A stretch of 64,000 nt of DNA from Myxococcota bacterium (GCA_036149055.1 JAYZQJ010000069.1:32001-96000); one strand, 5' to 3'; shown: positions 19,769 to 31,155, counted from the stretch's first letter. Notes: generated by a model not told the origin, from the letters alone. Numbers and translations: made by a program.

Positions 19769-20215
19769 GTGAACCAACCTGGCGGTGGAGGCTTCGGGCC
19801 TCCGGGTGGGGGCGGCTTCGGGCCGCCTCCCGGCGGACAACCCCCCAGCGGCGGCGGCTTCGGGCAGCCCCCGGGCGGGCCTCCTCCCGGCGGCGGCGGC
19901 TTCGGCGCGCCGCCCCAGGGCCCGGGCGGACCCGGCGGCTTCGGTCCGCCGCCTCAGGGCCCCGGCGTGAAGATCCAGGAGGGGCCGGCGATCATCGCCG
20001 CCATCGTCTCCATCGTGCTCTGCGGCTGTCTCCCCGGCGGCCTCGTCGGCCTGCTCCTCGCGAACCAGGCGAAGCAGGCGGCCAACCGCGGGGACGAGGC
20101 CGGCGCGCGCTCGAAGCTGATGATGAGCTACATCGCGAGCGGCGCCTCGATGGCCCTGATGGGCATCGTCATCTTCCTCTACTTCGTGCTCATGGTGCTC
20201 GGCGCGGCGATGTGA
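19769..20215 (+). CDS. Gly/Pro-rich membrane protein (CD225/dispanin-like)
   Basis: GGGFGPP repeats; LCGCLPGGLVG..A..A..GD..GA two-hydrophobic-segment pattern. Confidence 0.7.
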   Translation: MNQPGGGGFGPPGGGGFGPPPGGQPPSGGGFGQPPGGPPPGGGGFGAPPQGPGGPGGFGPPPQGPGVKIQEGPAIIAAIVSIVLCGCLPGGLVGLLLANQAKQAANRGDEAGARSKLMMSYIASGASMALMGIVIFLYFVLMVLGAAM

Positions 20216-20228
20216 CCGTCGCCGTCGC

Positions 20229-21110
20229 TCAGAGCTCGCGCTCCGCGAACCAACGGGCGACGGCGTCGACCAGCACCCGGACCCGCGCCGGCTGCAGGGT
20301 CCTGCGGGTGAAGACGGCGTGCACGGCGATGCGGGTGCCGAGCGTCTCGGGCAGGACGCGCACCAGGCCGCCGCTCTCGAGGTGTGGGGCCGCGGTGAGC
20401 TCGCTGAGCATGGCGACGCCCGCGTCGGCGAGGGCGGCCGCGAGCAGCCCCGCCTGATCGTCGCAGTGGAAGCCGCCCTCGACCGGCACGCGCTCGCCGT
20501 CACGCCGCGGCCACCAGCGCTGCGGGCCGCCCTCGGGCGCGGCGCCGAGCAGCAGCGCGTGCGCCGACAGCGTCTCCAGGGTCGGCGCGCCCCGCGCGTC
20601 GAGGTAGCGCGGGGAGGCGACCGCGCTGACGTCGCCGTGGCCGAGGCGCCGGTGCACCAGGTCGGGGTCCTCGAGCCGCCCGGCCCGGATCGCGACGTCG
20701 ATGCCCTCGGCGCGCAGATCCACCCAGCGGACGGACGTGGTCAAGGACACGCGGAGCCGGGGGTGCAGGCGCTGGAGCCGCACCAGCACCACCGACAGCT
20801 CCGGCGCGAGCACCGGCGGCGCGGAGATCGTCAGCGGGCCGCTCACCTCGTCCCGCTCCTCGAGCAGCTGCGCCTCCGCCCGCGCCACGTCGTCGATGAG
20901 CGGCTTCACCCGCTCGTAGAGCCGCCGCCCGGCCGGCGTCAGGGTCAGCGAGCGGGTGCTGCGGTGGAGCAGCGCCAACCCGAGCCGCGCCTCGAGGGCG
21001 GCGAGGCGCCGGCTCAGCGTCGGCCGCGAGAGCCCGAGCGCCGCCGCCGCCGCGGTGATGCTCCCGGCGTCCACGGTCGCGACGAAGAGCTGATGCTCTC
21101 CGAGATCCAT
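20229..21110 (-). CDS. LysR family transcriptional regulator
   Basis: GSITAAA..L.LSRPTLSRRL..LE..LG..LLHRSTR.L.LT HTH motif. Confidence 0.95.
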   Translation of the reverse strand: MDLGEHQLFVATVDAGSITAAAAALGLSRPTLSRRLAALEARLGLALLHRSTRSLTLTPAGRRLYERVKPLIDDVARAEAQLLEERDEVSGPLTISAPPVLAPELSVVLVRLQRLHPRLRVSLTTSVRWVDLRAEGIDVAIRAGRLEDPDLVHRRLGHGDVSAVASPRYLDARGAPTLETLSAHALLLGAAPEGGPQRWWPRRDGERVPVEGGFHCDDQAGLLAAALADAGVAMLSELTAAPHLESGGLVRVLPETLGTRIAVHAVFTRRTLQPARVRVLVDAVARWFAEREL

Positions 21111-21114
21111 CGAT

Positions 21115-21133
21115 TCGTGCTCCTGATGAACGA
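21115..21133. promoter_or_regulatory. LysR T-N11-A box
   Basis: TCGT-N11-ACGA dyad between the divergent lysR and DUF1304 genes. Confidence 0.6.
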
Positions 21134-21188
21134 GTGGCGTCCAGACTTGGGTCTACCGCTCGCCAACATTACGAATCAAGCTCTGCGC

Positions 21189-21524
21189 ATGCTCGCCGCC
21201 GCCACCGCCTGGATCGTCGTCGCCCTCCACCTCGTCTTCGCGCTCGCCGAGAGCGTGGGCTGGAGCGGCATGGCCCGCCGCTTCGGCTACGACGCGAAGG
21301 CCGTCGAGACGACGCGCGCGCTCGCCCTCAACCAGGGCGCGTACAACGCTGGCCTCGCGTGCGTGCTCGCGTGGGCGCTGATCGCGGGGCACGGGGCCAC
21401 CGTGGTGGCCCTGCTCGCCTACGTCGTCGCGATGGCGGTGGTCGGCGGGGTGAGCGTCCGCTGGACGATCTTCGTCATCCAGGGCGTCCCCGCCGTCCTC
21501 GCCCTCGCCGCCCGGCTGGTCTGA
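21189..21524 (+). CDS. DUF1304-family membrane protein
   Basis: LH..F...E..GW, LALNQGAYN and IQG.PA motifs. Confidence 0.8.
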   Translation: MLAAATAWIVVALHLVFALAESVGWSGMARRFGYDAKAVETTRALALNQGAYNAGLACVLAWALIAGHGATVVALLAYVVAMAVVGGVSVRWTIFVIQGVPAVLALAARLV

Positions 21525-23288
<1,764 letters not shown>

Positions 23289-23371
23289 CGGGCTGTTCCT
23301 CCAGCCGAGGTGTTGCACACCCGGGCGCGACTGGCATCGATCTCGCCCGAAGACTGGGGCAACCTCGGCGC

Positions 23372-24187
23372 GTGGCAAACCTCGACCTGGACGTCCTGGC
23401 CCGCCTCCCGATGTGGGAGTGGCCGGAGGAGGCGCGTGAGGCGATCCTGGCCGGGCTCTCCGAGCCGGAGGACCGGGAGCTCGCGGTGGAGCTGGCGGCG
23501 GAGATCGCCGGGCACGAGGAGCAGGTCGCGGCGGCGCTGCTCGACGTGGTCGAGGCCGACGAGGCCCCTCCGGAGCTGCGCGCCGGAGCGGCGATCGCGC
23601 TCGGGCCGGGGCTCGAGGAGTACTCGAACGAGGTGGGCTTCGACCTCGGGATCGGCGAGCCCGACACGTGGTCGAAGGCGCTGTTCGACGCGGTCACGGC
23701 CACGCTCCGCCGCCTGGTGGACGACGAGGCGGCGCCGACGCTGCTGCGACGACGGGCGCTCGAGGCGTCGGTGCGCGCTCCGCAGCCGTGGCTCGCCGAC
23801 GCCGTGCGGGCGGCGCTCGAGCGGCCCGGGCCCGAGTGGCGCATGACCGCGATCTTCGCGGCGCGCTGGGTGCCAGGCTTCGAGGACGCCATCCGCGAGG
23901 CGCTCGGCGCGACGCACCCCGAGGTCCTCGCCCAGGCCCTGCTGGCGGCCGGCGCGCGCGAGATGCGGGAGGCGGGCGCGGTGGCGCTGCGGCTCGCGCG
24001 CTCCCCGGAGACAGAGCTCGAGCTGCGGCTCGCGGCCGTCGCCGCGCTCGCCACCGTCGAGGCGCGCGGCGCGGAGGACCTGCTGCTGACGCTCTCCGAG
24101 CACGAAGACGGGGAGCTGAGCGACGTGGCCCGGGACGCGCTGATGCAGCGCCGCCTGGTCTCCGGTGAGCTCGAGGACGAGCTCTGA
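23372..24187 (+). CDS. HEAT-repeat-like protein
   Basis: Repeated LRA.AA.AL helical units. Confidence 0.75.
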   Translation: MANLDLDVLARLPMWEWPEEAREAILAGLSEPEDRELAVELAAEIAGHEEQVAAALLDVVEADEAPPELRAGAAIALGPGLEEYSNEVGFDLGIGEPDTWSKALFDAVTATLRRLVDDEAAPTLLRRRALEASVRAPQPWLADAVRAALERPGPEWRMTAIFAARWVPGFEDAIREALGATHPEVLAQALLAAGAREMREAGAVALRLARSPETELELRLAAVAALATVEARGAEDLLLTLSEHEDGELSDVARDALMQRRLVSGELEDEL

Positions 24188-24188
24188 C

Positions 24189-25361
24189 CTACGGCAGGCG
24201 CTCGGCGGCGCCGACGGTGAGGAAGGCGTCGGTCATCGAGCGGTGCTGGGCGGCGATCCAGGCGGGGGAGCGCGCGACGGCCTCGAGGCGGATCTCGTCG
24301 AGGTCGCCCTCCATGTAGTCGCCGGCGCAGCCGCCGTTCTGGCCGAGCTCGATCGGGTTGTCGTCGGGGATCAGCTCGCGGTTCCCCGTCATCGGATCGC
24401 CGGTCGCCGCGCCGTCGAGGTAGATCTGGACGACGTCGGTCGTGGTGTCGAAGGTCGCCGCCACCCACTGCCAGCGATCGGTCTCGAGCGAGCCCTCGTG
24501 GAACGTGCGCCAGTTGCCGTCGTAGTGCTCGAACTGGATCTCGTCGTCGTTCCGGATGAAGACCGCGTAGTTCCCCTCGTTTCCGCAGCCGACGCGCTTG
24601 GCGAGCACGCCGAGCTGGTGCGAGAGCGAGGTCGGGCGCATCCAGGCCGAGATGGTCACCGCCTCGGTCAGGTCCAGGGACGGCGCGTCGGGCACCACGG
24701 AGGGCTGGCCCCGGTCGAACCGCCGCGCGCGCCCGATGACGCCTTCCGCGTCGACGGCCGCGCTCGCCGAGCCGTGGTTGGCGTGGGGCGTGGCGTCCTC
24801 GAAGCCGTCCGTCAGGTGCCAGACCCCGCGATGGGCGGGCGACCACACCCCGGCCGGATCCTGCCCGTCGGTGGCGCTCGGGTTGTCGGTGTACATCCAC
24901 ACGAAGTCTTCCGTCGACGCGGCGTCGACCCGCGGCACCCGGACCCACACGTGCGAGAGCCCGCTCGGGTCCCAGCGCTCGACCTCGTGCGCGAGCGGGG
25001 TTCCGTCCGGGTCGACGAAGCGGAGCGCCACGCCGCCGGGCCCGGCCTCGGCCAGGTCCACCCGGGCGGAGTCCAGGGTGACCAGCACCGGGAAGTCGAG
25101 GAGGTCCTCGTCGCTGGCGGCGTTGTCGAAGACGAGGCGGTGTCGCGCGCGCCACGCGGGATCGAGCCAGCCCTCGGGGAGCGGCGGGCCGGTGTCGACG
25201 GGATCCGGGCGGGCGTCGGTCGGCGTCATCGGCGCGTCCAGCGCCACCCGCGCGTCCGCGGGCGCCGGTCCGCCGTCCCCGCCGGGGGGAGCCAGCCCGG
25301 AGCGGTCGAAGAAGCAGCCGCCCAGGGCGAGCGGAGCGAGGAGCCAGGCCAGCGCGCGCAT
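24189..25361 (-). CDS. DUF2341 + LamG lipoprotein
   Basis: LGGC lipobox; DFPVLV..LRF..L.HEVE.W..VWVRVP (DUF2341); TISAW and GDLDEIR (LamG). Confidence 0.85.
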   Translation of the reverse strand: MRALAWLLAPLALGGCFFDRSGLAPPGGDGGPAPADARVALDAPMTPTDARPDPVDTGPPLPEGWLDPAWRARHRLVFDNAASDEDLLDFPVLVTLDSARVDLAEAGPGGVALRFVDPDGTPLAHEVERWDPSGLSHVWVRVPRVDAASTEDFVWMYTDNPSATDGQDPAGVWSPAHRGVWHLTDGFEDATPHANHGSASAAVDAEGVIGRARRFDRGQPSVVPDAPSLDLTEAVTISAWMRPTSLSHQLGVLAKRVGCGNEGNYAVFIRNDDEIQFEHYDGNWRTFHEGSLETDRWQWVAATFDTTTDVVQIYLDGAATGDPMTGNRELIPDDNPIELGQNGGCAGDYMEGDLDEIRLEAVARSPAWIAAQHRSMTDAFLTVGAAERLP

Positions 25362-25449
25362 GACCGCAGGGTACGCGCTCCCCTCGCCTCGATGAAGACA
25401 CGAGGCCGCGCGGCGGACGTCGGCCGCTCGCTCTGCTATCACCGCGCGC

Positions 25450-26133
25450 ATGTCGAACGACGAGCGCTGGGTCCCGCCGCCGGTGTCGGACGATCCCGAC
25501 GAGGACGATCTGACCACCCCCTGGGCGTCTCCGCTCGACGCGAAGGTGCCCGACCTCCCCCCGCCCGACCGCGCCGCGCCCAGCGCCGCCGTTCCGCCGG
25601 CCGCGGCGCCCGCGGCCGCGCAGCCCGCGGGGACGAAGCCCGCAGGCACGAAGAAGAAGCTCTGGATCGCCGGGTGCGGCGGCTGCCTCTTCCTCTTGCT
25701 CTCCATCTGCTGCTGCAGCGGCTACGTCCTCTACCTGGAGGAGGGGGTCTCGTACGAGGATCCGGGAGAGGAGCTCGAGCGCTATCCGATCGGGCAGGGG
25801 CAGCCGATCGACGTCCACTACACCTGGGAGGGCACCGGCTACGCCGACCTCCGGGCCTACGTCGACGTCGGAGACGCGCCTCCGGGCACCCTCGTCGAGG
25901 GGCGCTTCAAATGCAGCGAGTACGGGGAGCCGCAGCCGGAGAGGGTGAGCGTGGCGCCGAGCGTCGGCGGGGACGTGCCCGAGGGCTGGGCGCAGATGCC
26001 CGGCACCTACCTCTACGTGCGGGACGGCGACACCGTGCGCTGCACCGGGGAGCTCCGGACCCAGCCGCCGGGCGCCAGCCTGGAGCTGGTCCTCACCGAG
26101 CGGCAGCGCCCGAGCGATGTCCTCGCGTTCTGA
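25450..26133 (+). CDS. Hypothetical single-pass membrane protein with Cys-rich TM
   Basis: KKKLWIAGCGGCLFLLLSICCC followed by a beta-rich extracytoplasmic domain. Confidence 0.75.
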   Translation: MSNDERWVPPPVSDDPDEDDLTTPWASPLDAKVPDLPPPDRAAPSAAVPPAAAPAAAQPAGTKPAGTKKKLWIAGCGGCLFLLLSICCCSGYVLYLEEGVSYEDPGEELERYPIGQGQPIDVHYTWEGTGYADLRAYVDVGDAPPGTLVEGRFKCSEYGEPQPERVSVAPSVGGDVPEGWAQMPGTYLYVRDGDTVRCTGELRTQPPGASLELVLTERQRPSDVLAF

Positions 26134-26142
26134 GCCGCCGCG

Positions 26143-26802
26143 TCACTCGCAGGTCGGCCCGGACCAGTCCGGGGTGAGCACCGCGTCGAGATCGTCGTAG
26201 AGCTGGCCGCAGCGCTCCGTGTCCCAGGCCGCGCAGGACGGGTTCGCGGCGACGCAGTCCCGCAGCGCGTGGAGCTGCGACTCGGTGGGCAAGAGCAGCC
26301 GAGCTCGGACGATGTCGTGCGTGGCGCCCGTGCCGCCGTCGAGGGCTTCGTCGACGAAGGCTTCGCACTCCTCCGCGGTGGAAGCCTGGAGCGCGCTGGC
26401 GTTCTCCGGGCAGGCGGCGCAGAGGGTGGTGACGACCGAGTCCAGCTCCGACGCCGGCGGCGTCGACTCCACCGTGCTCCGGATGCAGGAGTCGCGGAAG
26501 AGGCCGCTCTCGCAGGTGTCCCGACCCAGGCAGAAGCTCAGCGGAGTGATGATGCCGCCCGCGACCATGCGCTCGCAGGACTCGGCCAGCGCGTCGGCGC
26601 GGCACTCGTCGTCGTAGCCGGGGACGCACTCGGTCACCCGGGCCATGTACGCCTGGCAGACCGAGCTCGAAGGCCGCTCCGCGTCGGGCGTCTCGCCGCC
26701 ATCGGCCGGCGGCGGGGCGGAGGCGTCGGGGACGGCGGGGGCAGCGGAGTCACAGGCCGAGAGCATCAGACAGAGCGTCGAGAAGACGAGATGACGTGTC
26801 AC
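26143..26802 (-). CDS. Cys-rich lipoprotein
   Basis: LSAC lipobox; GGAGG RBS; about 14 Cys. Confidence 0.75.
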   Translation of the reverse strand: MTRHLVFSTLCLMLSACDSAAPAVPDASAPPPADGGETPDAERPSSSVCQAYMARVTECVPGYDDECRADALAESCERMVAGGIITPLSFCLGRDTCESGLFRDSCIRSTVESTPPASELDSVVTTLCAACPENASALQASTAEECEAFVDEALDGGTGATHDIVRARLLLPTESQLHALRDCVAANPSCAAWDTERCGQLYDDLDAVLTPDWSGPTCE

Positions 26803-26846
26803 TTGGGACCTCCTCGGGTCGAGCGTCGACCCGGCGCCGCCCGTTC

Positions 26847-26862
26847 AGCACGAGGTGTGCCG
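26847..26862 (-). promoter_or_regulatory. Candidate sigma-54 promoter
   Basis: CGGCACACCTCGTGCT gives GG-N10-GC upstream of the 26802 start. Confidence 0.45.
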
Positions 26863-26899
26863 CGAGCCCGCGTCGACGGGGCGTCGACGCGGGCTCGCG
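26861..26899. repeat. Perfect 18-bp inverted repeat with 3-nt loop
   Basis: CGCGAGCCCGCGTCGACG-GGG-CGTCGACGCGGGCTCGCG. Confidence 0.9.
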
Positions 26900-27010
26900 C
26901 ATGCGTGAACACCGGATGACACCCTGACGTGAGCGTGGGTCACCCTGGGCCACGACGGGCGCGAGAGCAGGACCTCGGCTATGACAACGCTCCTCCCGAA
27001 GGAGTCAACC

Positions 27011-29698
27011 ATGCGTTCGAACCGATTCGCTCTCCTCGCGCTCCTCCTCGTGGCCTGTGATCAGGGCCCGCCCGACATCCCCGGAGACGCCGGGCCCCGC
27101 GACGCCTCGCCTCCCGTCGACACCGGGCCCGCGGCGTCCTGCGACGACGGTGTGGCCAACGGTGACGAGACGAGCGTCGATTGCGGCGGCACCTGTGATC
27201 CGTGCGAGGACGGCGCCGCCTGCCGCGAGGCCACCGACTGCCAGTCGGCGGTGTGCGGGCGCGGCTTCTGCCTCGTGCCCTCCTGCACCGACGGCGTGCG
27301 CAACGGGGGCGAGACCGGCACCGACTGCGGCGGCGACTGCGGGCTCTGTCCGGGCGGCGAGCCCTGCACCGCGAATGACGAGTGCCTCAGCGACCGCTGC
27401 CGCGGCGGCACCTGCGCGCCGTCGTCCTGCGAGGACCGCACGCGCAACGGCACCGAGACCGACGTGGACTGCGGCGGCGATCTCTGCCCGCCGTGCGCCG
27501 GCGGCCTCGCCTGCCTGGACCGGAGCGACTGCGAGAGCCTGATCTGCGCCTCGTCGGTCTGCACCGAGCCGGCGTGCAACGACTCCGTGCAGAACCAGGA
27601 CGAGACCTCGGTCGACTGCGGCGGCGCGATCTGCCCCGGGTGCCGCGACGGCCTGGCGTGCGACGTCGACGCGGACTGCGAGAACGGCCGCTGCTTCGAC
27701 GGCGGCTGCGTCTCCTGCGAGGACCGCATCCGGAACGCCGAGGAGACGGCGATCGACTGCGGCGGGCCGATCTGCGACGCGTGCATCTCGGGCGAGACCT
27801 GCGTGGAGGATCGCGACTGCCTCGCCGGCTCGTGCAACGGCGGCATCTGCGAGTCCTGCGACGACGGCACCCTCAACCAGGACGAGACCGACGTGGACTG
27901 CGGCGGCGCGGTGTGCGGCGGCTGCGTGGCCGGGCAGACCTGTACGGTGGACGCGGACTGCGACATGGGCTCGTGCTCGCCCGTCAGCGGAACCTGCGTG
28001 AGCTGTATCGACGGGCTGCTCAACCAGGACGAGACCGACGTGGACTGCGGCGGCGCCGTCTGCCTCGGCTGCGGGCCCGGCTACTCGTGCTCCACCGGCG
28101 CGGACTGCGCGTCCGGCGTGTGCACCGCGGGGGCCTGCGTCGGCCTCTCGCCGAACCCGACCTTCCAGATCACGAGCTTCACCGACACCGCGTGCGCGAC
28201 CGTCGACCACGAGCCGTTCAGCGGCGACGACCACGGCGGCATCGCGGTCAGCGACCAGATCGTGCTCTACACCGGCGACGACGCGACCACGCGCTACGGG
28301 CTCGACCTGAGCGCGGGCGCGGCGCTGATCCCGGGGGCCTCGCTCGTCGACGTCGGCCGGGACGCGATGGTCAGCAACGCGCGGGACGGCACCGTCTACC
28401 TGCTCGCGGACGCGGCCGGGCCCAAGGCCGCCTACACGGGCGGATCGGTCACCCGCCTGATCCCGATGAACGCCGACGGCTCGGTCGCTTCGGCCGGCGT
28501 CGTGACGCTCTCGACGCCGATCACCGTCTCGAGCTCCGGGGTCGGGCTCTTCAGCGGGTACGACCGCATCGTGGTGCACGACGGCACCTCGGTGCAGAGC
28601 ATCGCGTTGCCCTCCGGCGCGGTGACGAACCTCGGCGCGATGACCATGCCCTCGCACTCGTCGTGTGAGAACTGGGCCTACTGGGGCATCGCCGAGACCG
28701 ACGGCGCGACCACGCGCCTCGTCTACGTCGACGGCGACGCGTTCCGCCGGGTGGAGGTCCCCACCGGCGCGGTGTCGCTCGTCGCCGCCTACACCGACCT
28801 CTCCGACATGTGCTCCTTCTCGCCGAGCCTCTCGAACGGGCGGTTCTACTTCCACCACGAGTACACCTCGCAGTTCATCGCCCCCTCGAGCGAGACGGTG
28901 GGCTGGTGCCCGGCGACCTACGACACGGCCGGGGGGCGCTTCGTGGTGTCGTCGATGAGCGCGACCGGCTGCGCGGCCATCGATCACGCCTCGCTGATCG
29001 GCGACGACCGGGGCGGCGTCGCGGTCTCGGCGAGTCACGTCTACGTGGCCGGTGACGGCGGCCTCGGGCGATGGGCGCTCGATCTCACCGGCGGGATCTC
29101 CTCCGGCGGCGCGGGCATCCAGCACGAGGGCCTGGTGAGCGACGTGCGCACCGGGACGGCCTACACCCTCGGGACCGCGACCGGGCCGATCGGCACGAGC
29201 GGCGGCACGGTCACGCGCCTGATCGAGCTCGACCCGGCGACCGGCTACGAGACCACGCGCGAGGTCACCCTCTCGGCCCCCATCACGCTCCCGTCCTCCA
29301 ACGTCGGCCTCTTCAGCGGCTGGAACCGGATCCTCGTGCACGACGGCAGCGCGGCGTGGCGGATCGAGCTGCCGGCCGGCACGGTCACGAGCCTCGGCGC
29401 GATGGCCTCTCCGTCCCACCAGAGCTGCGAGACCTGGGCCTACTGGGGCATCACCGAGCACTACGCGGGCATGGACACCATGATCGCCGTCGATCGCGAC
29501 GACATCGTCCGCTACGAGGTGCCGAGCGGGACGGTGCTCCAGCGCTGGCCGTTCACCAACCTCAGCGACATGTGCTCGATCACGTTCTCGCCGCACACCA
29601 ACCGCTGGTACTTCCACCACGAGGGCTCCTCGCAGTTCACCACCGGGTTCCCGAGCGAGGTCCTCGGCTACTGCCGCGGCGTCTACGGCAACCCCTGA
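27011..29698 (+). CDS. Large lipoprotein: 7 Cys-rich ETxxDCGG repeats plus a tandemly duplicated ~255-aa domain
   Basis: AAGGAG RBS; LVAC lipobox; seven C.D...N..ET..DCGG units; two homologous C-terminal halves. Confidence 0.85.
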   Translation: MRSNRFALLALLLVACDQGPPDIPGDAGPRDASPPVDTGPAASCDDGVANGDETSVDCGGTCDPCEDGAACREATDCQSAVCGRGFCLVPSCTDGVRNGGETGTDCGGDCGLCPGGEPCTANDECLSDRCRGGTCAPSSCEDRTRNGTETDVDCGGDLCPPCAGGLACLDRSDCESLICASSVCTEPACNDSVQNQDETSVDCGGAICPGCRDGLACDVDADCENGRCFDGGCVSCEDRIRNAEETAIDCGGPICDACISGETCVEDRDCLAGSCNGGICESCDDGTLNQDETDVDCGGAVCGGCVAGQTCTVDADCDMGSCSPVSGTCVSCIDGLLNQDETDVDCGGAVCLGCGPGYSCSTGADCASGVCTAGACVGLSPNPTFQITSFTDTACATVDHEPFSGDDHGGIAVSDQIVLYTGDDATTRYGLDLSAGAALIPGASLVDVGRDAMVSNARDGTVYLLADAAGPKAAYTGGSVTRLIPMNADGSVASAGVVTLSTPITVSSSGVGLFSGYDRIVVHDGTSVQSIALPSGAVTNLGAMTMPSHSSCENWAYWGIAETDGATTRLVYVDGDAFRRVEVPTGAVSLVAAYTDLSDMCSFSPSLSNGRFYFHHEYTSQFIAPSSETVGWCPATYDTAGGRFVVSSMSATGCAAIDHASLIGDDRGGVAVSASHVYVAGDGGLGRWALDLTGGISSGGAGIQHEGLVSDVRTGTAYTLGTATGPIGTSGGTVTRLIELDPATGYETTREVTLSAPITLPSSNVGLFSGWNRILVHDGSAAWRIELPAGTVTSLGAMASPSHQSCETWAYWGITEHYAGMDTMIAVDRDDIVRYEVPSGTVLQRWPFTNLSDMCSITFSPHTNRWYFHHEGSSQFTTGFPSEVLGYCRGVYGNP

Positions 29699-29717
29699 CG
29701 CGTGCTACCCCTCCGCC

Positions 29718-30758
29718 GTGGCGCACCTCTACGGCATGACCCCCGCGGACCTCGCGGCGCACCTGCTCGAGCGGGGCGTCGCGGCGTCCGAGGCGGAGGC
29801 GCGGCGCTACCTCGGCCACGTGGTCGCGCGGGGCGAGCACGGTGAGATGTCGCGCCCGCCGTCGAAGCGCTTCCTGGCCGGCGTCGAGGCGCACGTCTCC
29901 CGCGACCCGCTCGAGATCGTCGAGCGGGTGACCGACCCGAGCGACGGCTTCGTGAAGTACCTCTTCCGCTCGCCGGACGGCGCGCTGAGCGAGGCGGTGC
30001 GCATCCCGCTCGAGAAGCCGGGCTGCTTCACCGTGTGCCTCAGCTCGCAGGTCGGCTGCGCCATGCAGTGCGTCTTCTGCGCCACCGGTCGGCTCGGGCT
30101 CACCCGGCACCTCGAGCCCTGGGAGATGGTCGGCGCCTTCCTCGCGGTGCGCGCCGAGGCGCCCGGGCGGGTGACCGGCGCGGTGTTCATGGGGCAGGGC
30201 GAGCCGCTCCACAACTACGACGCGGTGATCCAGGCGGCGAAGGTGCTCTCGCATCCCTGCGGGGGCCGGGTCCGGCAGGAGGCCATCCGGATCTCCACCG
30301 TCGGGCTCGTGCCCCAGATCCGGCGCTTCGCTCGCGAGGGGCACCGCTATCGCCTGGTGATCTCGCTCAGCTCGGCCCTCGCCGAGCGTCGTCGTCGCCT
30401 CCTGCCGGTCGCCGGGCGCTTCCCGCTCGAGGAGGTCGCCGACGCGATCCGCGAGTACGCGGCCGTCGCCCAGGGCCGGGTCACCGTCGCGTGGGTGCTG
30501 ATGGGCGGCGAGAACCACGACGCGGAGGAGGCGCGCGCGCTCGCCGCCCTGCTCGAGGGGGTGCCGGTGCGCATCAACCTGATCGACGTGAACGACGCGC
30601 GCGAGGACGGCTTCCGCCCGCCGAGCGACGACGAGCGCGACGCCTTCGTCGACGCCCTCCAGATCCTCCGGGCGCCCATCGTACGGCGCTACTCGGGCGG
30701 CAAGGCCCGACACGCCGCCTGCGGCATGCTCGCCGGCGCTCGAGATGCGGCATGCTGA
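29718..30758 (+). CDS. RlmN/Cfr-family radical SAM RNA methyltransferase (paralog-like)
   Basis: CLSSQVGCAMQCVFCATG, FMGQGEPL.N, ISTVG and AACGML motifs. Confidence 0.88.
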   Translation: MAHLYGMTPADLAAHLLERGVAASEAEARRYLGHVVARGEHGEMSRPPSKRFLAGVEAHVSRDPLEIVERVTDPSDGFVKYLFRSPDGALSEAVRIPLEKPGCFTVCLSSQVGCAMQCVFCATGRLGLTRHLEPWEMVGAFLAVRAEAPGRVTGAVFMGQGEPLHNYDAVIQAAKVLSHPCGGRVRQEAIRISTVGLVPQIRRFAREGHRYRLVISLSSALAERRRRLLPVAGRFPLEEVADAIREYAAVAQGRVTVAWVLMGGENHDAEEARALAALLEGVPVRINLIDVNDAREDGFRPPSDDERDAFVDALQILRAPIVRRYSGGKARHAACGMLAGARDAAC

Positions 30759-30863
30759 CGCCCCTTGCACGCGCGTGAGCGCGTGAGATGGGGCGATCGC
30801 CCGCGCCGGAGACTCGAGAGGTGGCAAACGATGGCGCGGGGGCAGCCCAGCCCGCTTCCATGA

Positions 30864-31153
30864 CGACCGACTCGAGACGACGGCAGGCGACGAGCGCAGC
30901 GAGGTCGCCGCACGCGCACTCGAGTCGGTCGATCCCGCGGCAGCGGGCGGCCAGCTCGCGCGCAGCGCGAGCGCGAGCCGCAGGGCCCCCAGCGCCCCGT
31001 CGCTGGGGTCGCGGGGCCAGCGCGCGACGCGCGCGAGGCCCCGACGGAGTCGGGAGGGGGGCCCCATTGGCGCTTTGCCCAATGGGGGGAGGGTTTGCAT
31101 CAAACCCTCCAGCAAGAAGCAGCGGGAGGGTTTGCGCCAAACCCTCCAGCAAG
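30864..31153. repeat. Cluster of stem-loops (REP/MITE-like element or structured RNA)
   Basis: At least 7 hairpins, including two copies of GGAGGGTTTG-NNN-CAAACCCTCC-AGCAAG (31088-31116 and 31125-31153). Confidence 0.75.
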
Positions 31154-31155
31154 CT

